64,000 nucleotides of DNA from the human T2T-CHM13v2.0 reference genome, Homo sapiens. The first letter of the stretch is position 1. Each line of letters starts with the position of its first letter. A program made the position numbers and the translations under genes. The notes under the pieces are model-generated. The model was not told the origin of the DNA. It saw only the letters and a list, made by a program, of their open reading frames with translations, and did not search any database. Shown here piece by piece: positions 27,002-37,649 of this stretch. Location of the stretch: assembly GCF_009914755.1 (NCBI RefSeq), contig NC_060930.1. The stretch is one strand, 5' to 3'.

Positions 27002-29426
27002 CTGTAAAAAATTTAAGGCAGATGAGGTATATTGCTGAAGGAAAAAGTTATTTTTGAAAAAAACTCAAAAAAACTTTTATTCTGCCCTTCTACTCAAGAA
27101 AGACTACTCAACTATAAATCTAGTGCTAGAAAAAAGCAGGAAAGACACCGTTTGCATGTACCATACTATGTCTTCTATTTCTAGAATGGCTTTTGTTAAT
27201 TTAATTTTAATAGAAAAAATAAGCACCTTAAGCTATGAACAAGAAAAGAACTTCATTATTAGTGAGTCTAGAATCCAAAAGGAATTAAGAACACTCACTC
27301 AAACTCTTTCACTCATTCTCACAAAGGCCAATGCTACTGATTAGAATTGTAAAGTGCTGGACTTAGTATAAACACTTGTACACACTGCAGACACTGAAAA
27401 ATAACCCTCAAGCACATTGTGTTATAGTTCCAAAAATATATTTACAGTCTATTACAAAGATTACAAATGGAAGTGTCTAGGTGACTGTATTATGCTAATT
27501 AAAATTATTTTTACAGATTACTTTTCCTTAGGGACAAAAAACATTTTAGTGAAATTAAAATGATTTTTCTAGTCAATCAAAAAATAAATTAAAATATCAA
27601 ATAACACTGTACAGTGATTTAAAACCAAAAAAAAAGGGTGGGGAGGGGTTTGGGAAGCAATCCATTTGAGTTTTTCTATAGCCGTCTTTGGTCCTAAATG
27701 TGGGAAAACACATTATGTAGCACTGAAAATACCTGTTCTTTTGTGATGCTCTGCAAGTAAAATAGAAAAATATAGTGCATTTTCAATGTATTCAGAGCCC
27801 ACTACAGAGAAATGTGTGTACAAAACAAGACAGTATAAATAAAATTTACAAGTTTTACAAAGGAACATTTACAGATTTTGTTTCTGTTATTTGTTTGTTT
27901 GTTTGTGGATGCCCACATTATCAAACAAGACCAATTATGACCGATCCCTGGGATCTTTCTCTATTAAAATCATTATAAACAGCCCAATTCTCTTTGGAAG
28001 TACAACAGTTCAATTCTGGGGTAGTTCATGATTTTCATAAGTTTTGAAAGCATTAATCACAATATGTATACATTCCTGCAATATCTATAAAGACACATTT
28101 AATTATTGCTTATGAAATTCTAACACAGTAATCAAATAATATGGTTTAATAAATAAAGCTTTAAAAACAAGCCAGATCCTTCACCTCTTCCTTCTAGGGT
28201 AAAGAGTCCTTTCATTTAACAAGTTTCTTGCATCAGTGTTCACAAACAAAAGACTTTTTGTTTTGTTTTGTTTTGAACTGCAATGGTGATATTCTGTGCA
28301 GCAAATTTGTGTTTAAATGGTGAAAATTGTGAACTGCCCCTTTATCATGCTTCAGAGTTATAATATAAAACAATTATTTCCTTTCATGTTTGGACTGCAT
28401 TCAACAGAAGAGGATATAAAATATATGTCAACTATTTATCCTAAATTTCCTAATGTCACGAGAATGAAAAAATCTTGATGTGCTCAGATTAATTTTTAGA
28501 TAACACTGGATAGTTCTGCTTTCAGAGACTTGCCTTCACCAACATTCTTCAGATGAAGTGCCTCATTTGTTTATATACTCATAAACCTAAACTTCGAGTT
28601 TATTAAATTCTTTCTAGTAAAATCACTCTATAAACAATCTGTTAAAAGTGCCTTATAGTATGTATGGATCATTATTGCTTTTTTCATTGAAAAGATAGTG
28701 TGTTGTCTGATCTTTACAAAAAAATTCTTTTTAAAAAATATCAGAGCTCTTGGCAACTTGCATTTTCTTGACTACCTGCCAATTAGCAAACAATATCAAA
28801 ACAGCACTGATTAAACAGAATAAAATGGCACAAAAAGGATACCAATGTTCTAACAGAGATGTATCTTCAATCATGCTATTTCTTTTGAAATTTGAGATTC
28901 TTTCAAAGGTACCCAGTGTAGTAATGTTACAGATTTAACACTAAAAAGGTCCAAAGCTATAAACAGCTTTCTAAAACAAAGTCCTTATGAAGAATAAACA
29001 CAAATGATTTTAAAAAGGAATAGTCTGAAATCACATATTTAAGGAAAATATTTCATTAATTTTAACAATAAGATCATGATTTTATTTGACAAATATATTC
29101 TTTCTTAAATTCTTTATGTACATTTTAAAAAGTCTATAAGACAAAAAGGAGGTTAGAGAGCTCAAGGTGTTTGGATGTTTTTCAGGTAGTACTTTGTTTA
29201 TTGTCACTGCTATTTTCCTGGCCACCGATGGTGGATCCTAAATTCCCTTTTTATATATTCTGGTGGCACTTAGGAGTTCAAGTCTATAGGTGCTTCTTAA
29301 ATCTTCTCTTCACTGTTGGAAGGACCCAGGACATCACTTGTCTTCTAGCAGCATTCTATGCATATACTGAAGGCCAGTACTGTTCTCTTGCAGTCTGTAA
29401 TCTCCCTTAAAAGGGAGAAATGCATA

Positions 29427-29541
29427 TCACACTTGAATGCCAGTTCCATGTAAATGTAGCATTTGTGCTCTCATAGTCTGAATGCTGCTCATGATTTTCT
29501 TTTGATGACCAACCAGTGTGATCCCTAAACTCATCACATCC
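29427..29541 (-). CDS. EPHA7: EPHA7 exon 17 coding part (115 bp), end of SAM domain and PDZ-binding motif
   Basis: tttcag|GGATGTGATG...ATTCAAGTGTGA. Translates (E)DVMSLGITLVGHQKKIMSSIQTMRAQMLHLHGTGIQV*. Confidence 0.97.
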
Positions 29542-30959
29542 CTGAAAAAGACAAATGCACTTTTTATTAGGTACCTTACAAAGAATAAATGTGGCACTAA
29601 ACTGTCATCAACTGTTTAATTAAATACGTTATCTTAGCCAAATAGATCTTATCTTAGTGTTCTTGGGTATTATGATCACACCCCTGCAGCAGATCAGAAT
29701 TGTAAAACCTACATCAACATTCTCCTTTGTAAAAACCTAACTGCTCAGGTTCTCAATTTACTCTCAATTCACTTTTAAAGTGATTTGAAATTTTACATAA
29801 GAAATTATTAAAGTCTTAAAACTATTATTAACTTAAGGAAAGGTTAGGAAATGTTATTTGAAATGTTGTATTCTTGAACCTAATAGGGATTTAGAAATTT
29901 CTAACTGGAAAAAGCTTGATAAAGGATAATGAAAACAGTTTGTGGGATCTAGTAGAAAAATTGGAACTCATCAATGACCATGTAAGTTTTTATACTGGAT
30001 TCAATTAACGTGTGGTAATTCTGAGCATATTATTGGTTATCTACTTATTTCAGTGAGTTCAATCATTTCATTATATGTTATAAAAACTATCTTTTAAAAT
30101 GTACATCTAAATTTAATAGCTTAAATTTGAATTAAGAATTGGATCTGTGTTTTGCCTTTCCTAATAGCCAGATACAATGAGCTGATGTCTTTACAAGCAG
30201 CTAAAATATTGCAAAACTATAGCACCGTAGTTTTTCATGGCAGTGACTGAGAAACATGGGTTTTCAGGGGTACAGATTGCTTTGGGGACCCAAGTGTAAA
30301 AATGCCCACATAGTGACTGGAAGAAAACTGAACAAAATAGCATGCACACACTTAAACCCATGTACGTGACATTTCCTGGCATATACCAGAAAATAATATT
30401 TGATTGCTGGTCTTCATCTCATTGGAAAAACGATGACAGTACAATATAGGATCCCACAAATGGAACCTTGATTATTGTTTTCCATTTTCAAGCACATTGA
30501 CTGAGAGGAACTATGTCACCCATGAAAGTCATGCTGCAGCCAAGTCAACTGAGGTTCAGAGATTTTTAGATTGTCCAGGAACCCATAATTAGTGATGGAG
30601 CCAGACAGGAAAAGTGAGTTCTTTTAACTTCAAGTTCATAGAAATTTCAAAAGTTGCTTTATCAGGTCATTTTTTTCAGGTTAAAAAAAAAAGAATTGAT
30701 CATACATCTTCCAAAAAGTAAGTTGAACTCTTACTTTTAAGCTATGGTTAACTGAATTAAGCTTCTTTTGATCTCTTCAGAAATAATCATATTGGACGTT
30801 CTAATGCATTTCAGCATTGAGTATAAAGTTTTGAAATTATTTAAGTTCAACACAAACATGGTGAAAGAAATCCTCCTTTGCAATGGAGAAAGTTTCCCCA
30901 GTGAATAGGAATCTAAATAATACAGAAGTTAACTACAGAGGAAGCCTCACTGGATGGTG

Positions 30960-31170
30960 TTTAGAACACCAGCTATGGAGCCAAATTAGTTATTACTTAC
31001 TAGTTAACTTGGCTTAGGGGAAATATTTAAATTTTCTGAACTTTAGCCTTGTTGGCAACAACATAGGTATGAAACTATAGACTTCATACAATTATTGTTG
31101 TGAAGGTTAAAAGGGTAATATGTTTAAAGGTCTATTTAGTATAATGCCTGGTACGCAGTAAGAACTTGTT
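30960..31170. mobile_element. MIR in intron 16
   Basis: attgttgtgaaggttaaa...aatatgtttaaa...aatgcctggtacgcagtaag. Confidence 0.6.
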
Positions 31171-31298
31171 AAAGAAGTATTTTTTTTATCTTGATTTTGG
31201 GATTCAAATTCTTTTAATATAAAGAAGATAACCTAATGTATAAAGTGTAGATTGTACCTAATAAATCCTTAAATACAATTTTAAGAGTTTAAGCTTAC

Positions 31299-31454
31299 TC
31301 AATAGTCATCCTGGCTACTGATTCAAGGGAATTGTAGCCAGCTGCCGTGAAATTATCTTTATATCTTTCCATCTTAATAGCTTGTAGCCATTCTCCAACT
31401 GAACAAAAGGTAGTGAAATCAGGAGTGTTTTGATCCAGAAGAGGGCTTATTGGC
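31299..31454 (-). CDS. EPHA7: EPHA7 exon 16 (156 bp), SAM domain
   Basis: tctag|GCCAATAAG...ACTATTGA|gtaagc. Translates (R)[51 protein letters not shown](E). Confidence 0.97.
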
Positions 31455-32032
31455 CTAGATAAAAATGAAACAGAAAAGCGAACATTATCCTGAAATACCA
31501 AAGAAAGAATGTTTTGGCCCATATAAAATTAAGGTATAAAGAACAAAATTAGATGTTTTAATTGGTGTACATAATAAAAAATACATCGATATGCTAATAA
31601 AAACCTAAAGCATCCAGGAGGCCAGTAACTACAAACTCCTAAATTTACATTTTATTTAGATATGATGACCACCCAGTTTTGTCTTCCATATGTTTTTAAA
31701 AGTACAGCCAACAATATTTGGAATCAGTAAATAATTGTTCATTTGCTTTTCCAAAAGTAATTGGGAGTAAATGATGCACATATGGCTGTGTTCTAACCTG
31801 TTCAGGCCACGAGGGTGCTGTAGAGATATTGTGCATCTCCTTTGCTGATGGCATTCTTGTGAATGCCTGGGGAGTTAGAACACCTCCACAGGTGCCTAAC
31901 TTACTACCAATGTAAACCAGAGCATCAATCTTACCTGGCGTCTGAGGCTGAATAACTATTAACATGCATTACAATCAAGCAAGCCAAATGCAAAGGATGA
32001 ATGGACTCTTTTTAATGAGTACACCTCTTTAA

Positions 32033-32350
<318 letters not shown>

Positions 32351-32792
32351 TGAATTTCTCTTATAAACTTTAACATCATTGAATCATTTATTAAATGACT
32401 TGAAGCAAAACAGTTAAATAGATACTATGCATATAACAAAAAACAAGGACAACAGTAATAAAAACCCATGTAATAATAATAATATTGGTCTGAAAATATG
32501 AACTGCTGCTATCTTATCACAAAAATCCAGTTTATAAAGTTTCTTTTATAAAAGCAGCTAGTGATACTTGTAAGTTTAAAAAATGCAATAACTAATAGAT
32601 TCTTTTCAAACACTAATTAAGGTAAGCCTAACTGAAAAGAAAAAAATAAACTTCAGTAAATGCAATACATTTAATATGAGTTTATACGTCAACACAAAAG
32701 TCAATTTGCCATTGTGGTGGGGTGGAGGAGATAAATGGTTTATGTTACTATTGTAATTTCTCCCAGATTCCATTCCCTTAGGCATTTCTTAC

Positions 32793-32986
32793 CTACTACA
32801 AGTTCCCAGGGGAGTTTTCAGACTATTTGGGTTTCGAATCATTTTGTCTAGAATTCCAACTATCTGTTCAAATTTTGGCCTTTCAGCACGCTCCTTTTGC
32901 CAACAATCCAACATTAGCTGGTGAAGGCCAGCTGGGCAGTCCATGGGTGCTGGTAAACGATAACCTTCTTCTATTGCTTTTATAAC
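32793..32986 (-). CDS. EPHA7: EPHA7 exon 15 (194 bp), kinase C-lobe end
   Basis: attag|GTTATAAAA...TGTAGTAG|gtaaga. Translates [64 protein letters not shown](R). Confidence 0.97.
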
Positions 32987-33700
32987 CTAATAGCCAAAAG
33001 GACATTACAAATATTACTGATTTAGGTTCAATTATAATAAACCAAATTTCCCGGTAGGCAAAATGATTTATCCAGAGAAGAATGAGGCACAATGCTTCAC
33101 AAAAGACTTACTTTTTTCCCAAAATTTCCATGAATATTAAGCATGTTATTAAGGAGTGCGTGAAGTGCAGGATATGATGACATTTCCTAGTTAATTCAGC
33201 AATAGGGAACAGCAATTAAGTTCATCCAGGGTACAATAGATGGAAATAGTTTTAACATCATCCCAGAGGCTTTCAAAAGGGAACATGTTATGGAACTATC
33301 TTACTTGTATATCTTTGTGAGTATCCATATGTGCCCATACATTTAATAATTCTGCAAGTTGTAAAAGGAATTTGAGTTACCCAGAATGAGCCAAAATGAT
33401 TCACTTTTAAACAGGGTAGCAAAATAATATGAATGTACTATGACAGAAAATATTACCAAGCACATGAGTCTTTTAAATAATATGAAGCTTATTGTTAGTG
33501 TTATAAGACAGTAGTTGTAAGACAGGAGCGAGGTTGTACTGGTTTATGAGTGGCGACTGCATCCCTTCCCTACTCCAAGTTCCCTTACCTTACACTGGCA
33601 GATTGAAATCAGCGTGGGGGAAGGGTTACAGCAGGAAATAGGGAAAGGGTACAAATCAGGGCTTTCCCAGAGAGCTGGTTTTTATTATTATTTTTTTATC

Positions 33701-33814
33701 AGCATACCACTGCCTATCTAATAGGCATATCTAATATTATATCTAATAGCCTAATATATCTAATAGCATACCACTGCCTAATAGGCATATCTAATATTAT
33801 ATCCAATAGCCTAA
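33701..33814. repeat. Local tandem duplication (~64-bp period)
   Basis: agcataccactgccta...ataggcatatctaatattatatc(t/c)aatagcctaa occurs twice. Confidence 0.8.
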
Positions 33815-34715
33815 AAAACTGTTTATATGAAGCTTTGAATGTTAGTGAAAAATAGGCCCCTATAAACATTTGTATGTAGCAATCAGAAAAATTATCATTC
33901 AGACTTGGGTTTTTTATTTATATGAAAGGCAAAAATAGATCTTAAAAACCTGAAAATGTTCCAAATCTGAGCAGCAAAGGGAAGAGAACAAGAAGACAAA
34001 CAGCAGAAATAAGAAGGGATCGGAGAACACTAAAATAGCATTCGAGGGGGAAGAACAAATCCTTTGACACTGACTGATATAATGGTAGAAATGTAACAAA
34101 AAATGACCCTCTGAGGAAAAAAAAATCTTTGAATTTTCAAAGAAAATAAGGCCAAAAGTAGGCAAACAAAAAGCTGGCTTTAAGAAATGTTGATGGTCTT
34201 AATATTTTTAGGGAAACACATCCTTAAGATGCATGCTGACATTCAAAAATAGCACCTTAAAATATAAAAGGTTGTAGGATAGGATGTAATGAGTACAGTA
34301 CTTGGCATCAACAATATTTGAAAAAAAATTCTTTTGTATAAGGGAAAAAAGTATACTTTTTTCTTTAAGAAAAATCTCTAACTCTAAAGTTTAAAAAGTA
34401 AATAGATGGACTTAGTTATAGTAATTTTTGAAAATTTATATAAGTATAAAATTTAAGACCAAACTCTCTCCTAATCACTAGGTTGTATTTCTATCAGTTT
34501 ATTAAACTTTTCATCTGAATTGTCCATAGGTACCTCCCCTGTATATATTTAAAATTGAATTTATCACCTCTCTTCCCAATCCTTTACTATTTCAACTAAC
34601 GGCACATCCAGTCCCAGTCAGAAAGCTGAAAACTGTCCCAGGTTCTTTCATTCTCCCTCTCTCTCTTTTTAAAAACAAACAAACAAACAAACAAACAAAC
34701 AACAACAACAAAAAA

Positions 34716-34824
34716 CGGAGTCTTGCTCTGTATCCAGGCTCTGTCATCCAGGAGTGCAGTGGCACGATCACAGCTCACTGCAGCCTTGAACTCCAGGGCC
34801 TCACATCCTGATCCTCCTGCCTCA
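34716..34824 (-). mobile_element. Partial AluJ right arm, adjacent to a (CAAA)n/(CAA)n microsatellite at 34671-34715
   Basis: cggagtcttgctctg...ggagtgcagtggcacgatcacagctcactgcagccttgaactcc. Confidence 0.8.
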
Positions 34825-37529
34825 CATCCTCTTATATACACAATTAGTCACCACTTTCTGATGATTTTCTACTTCCCAAATACAATATATGCTCAAATAC
34901 TAGAAAAAGTATTTTTCCATATCTATATCTACATTTATATATCTCTCTCTATATATACATATCCCTGAAGTGATGGAGTGATTATCTCATAGTTAAGTCT
35001 TTACAAAGTTTCACACTGAGGTGTTTCTTTAAGTATTTTATTTTGAACAACAATTATGGAGAAAACACCTTGGCCTTAAGTGACCTTAATCAGTGTTGGT
35101 ACTAAATGCAATGGAGGTCATATGACAGAACTTAAAAATTTCCTTTTATGATCCCGTAATTACAAATGTTGCATATCACTGTAAATATTCCTCTAAAATA
35201 TCCCTTTTAAAAGCTATACATCAAACAAATACATACAAATGGTAACTCTGCAAGGATCACAAATATATAAGTACAGGAGAAATTATATTTTTTAAAAAAC
35301 ATTTTAAATGCTAAGAATTTCAGTGGTTTTGCAAAACATTCCAGTAATAGCACTGTACTTGGATTCAAAAATGCTATGTTAAAAAATGTGAATAAAAGTA
35401 AAAGTAATTTACTTTTAGAAAGTTGGGTTAAGTGATTTAAATAGCAGATCAAGCTGGGAATAAATAAACTAATAACTTCTGAAATTTTATATATTCAAAA
35501 TGACCACACAATAAGCAATTGGGGGTATTTTTTTCATTGGAAAATGAGCGGCTTTTTGTCTTTGAGGCTGCTTCTATTTAAACACATACAGTCTATTTCT
35601 GATTTGACATGACTGCATTCTAATGCTCATAACATTAATTCAGTCCCCATTATTTCCCACCACCTCCTAACCTATTTCCCTGCTTATAGCTTATCTTCAG
35701 GTGTCCTGAAAGGAACAATGTAAGTCGAGTGATCTTTCCTTTTTTCTTTCCCTCCAAATAATGTTTTAAAATGTAAATCTAAATCTTATCATGCCCTCTT
35801 GACATAATACTTTTCAATAGCACTTCAAGCTTTCAGAATAACACTTAAAATTATTGATTCTTTAGCTTTCAACACAATATATTCTTAAGTTTTTGTAGCA
35901 CTGAACATAGGACCATTAAATGATTATTAGAAAAATAAGTTAATGAACCTCTGTAGTTGTCCTACTGCATTACAGAAATTTAATGATTCCTTTTGTTATT
36001 GTAGAGAAACAACACTGATCTCACTTCAAAGTGAAACTCCTAGCTATATTCAAAGATATAATGGTTTATACATTTTTAAAGGAATAACAACAAGATATAA
36101 CATTTAAAATAAGAGATATTGGGACTTTAATAATCTCATTAATAGTCACATCCCTATGGACATGAACACTTAAGGTACTTGCTGGGAACTCTTCGACCTT
36201 ATAGAGCAGTTTGGCATAATCCAAGATACACCCTTTGAAACAAAACCAGCCAATAGGAGCTAATTGAGGCAAAAACTGAACTTTGAGGTTCTGCAGTTTT
36301 CATTTATTAGCCTAGCAGTAAAACAATTTTCTTGTTAAATATGCAACTAATAATCATTGTTAATATTTATTAAGTGCTTATTATATGATTGGCATGGTTT
36401 TAAACTTGAATTATCTTATTTGATTCTTACAAAAACCTTATTAGGTTTAAGTATCATTATTATACTGATTCTAGAGATAAAGAATGTGTGGCGCACAGGA
36501 AAAAAAAGAGAGGGCCAGTCAGTATCAGGTAGCTGTTAGTAGAAAAGACAGAATTTGACGTAGGCCACAGACCAGAGCCTGTGCTGTTAAGAATGGCATT
36601 ATTTTTCCAATGAAAAAATAGGTACATTCTTCATATAGTTAGATATTCTTGGAAAAACAATGCACAGAGGTAAGATAGCTGGCCCTCCACTTCTTAGAGG
36701 ATTATGTAATTGGTTCACTGAATTCATCTGAAACATATTCTTGTGAAATTACTAGAAACTCCTTGTATTTGCCTTAGTATTCTAATAAAATTCATTCATA
36801 ACCAATTCTATATCTAAATAGTTCCCAGAGGAACCAGAAGTGATTTGGGTAAATGTAATTTTAAAAAAGATCTCTGGGACACAACAGGGACCACTTCTTT
36901 GGCAAATGCTGTAAAGCAATACTTAGAAATAAAAACAAAAGTTACTTACTGAGAAGTGTTTCCATATTATTACAGTATGACCATTGTAATTAAGAGAAAA
37001 AGGAACACAGTAAGACCCCATTAACGAGCCTGTAATAACTCAAAATGGCATATGACATGATTGGCTTCTGTCCTCTGCTCAATACTCATTTTCTATTTCA
37101 TTAACCTCACAATAACATGACCCACATTTTATGCAATTAAATATGTTGGACTTCACTTATGAGATTTTGGCAAAGTTTTACATAAAACAACATCATAATT
37201 TTGCTTCTATATTAACATGAAAAAATATAAAGTCATAAATCAGTGATGACTTTTAAAAGGAAAATGAGGTCTCACAATTTAGCTGAGAATACATTTACTT
37301 ATGAATATATTATATTTTCCAAGCCCTTAAATGACTTTTCTTATATGGCTTTAAGGAATTATCTTTATGTCTCATATCTTTAAAAAAGCTTAAATTTTTT
37401 AACATCCTAATATCTACCTACTAGGAAAATTAACAATTTACTGGCCTAGTTTTATATAAGAAAAAAATACTTTCTTACGTTATTTTTTTAAAAATACTTT
37501 TTTCTTATGTTAACTATTAGGATACTTAA

Positions 37530-37649
37530 TTTACTATATAGATTTTATTCTTTTTATGCTAGTAGTATTTTTTCTTATATTACAATACATTAAAATACTA
37601 ATGTAAGAAAAATACTGCTAGAAGAAAAAAATAAAATCTATATAGTAAA
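37530..37649. repeat. Long imperfect inverted repeat (~52-bp arms, 16-nt loop) in intron 14
   Basis: TTTACTATATAGATTTTATT..CTAGTAGTATTTTTTCTTATATTA pairs with TAATGTAAGAAAAATACTGCTAG..AATAAAATCTATATAGTAAA. Confidence 0.88.

Larger units (their letters stand above)
26020..29426 (-). other. EPHA7: EPHA7 3' UTR (~3.4 kb); distal end approximate
   Basis: AU-rich stretch with no recognisable interspersed repeats after the stop codon, carrying many miRNA seed matches. AATAAA at 26048-26053 fits the recalled ~3.4 kb UTR length. Confidence 0.75.

Noticed and set aside
26638-29410. Antisense (+) ORFs of 60-97 aa across the EPHA7 3' UTR
   Set aside because: Low-complexity AT-driven composition, mostly non-ATG starts and no domain similarity.
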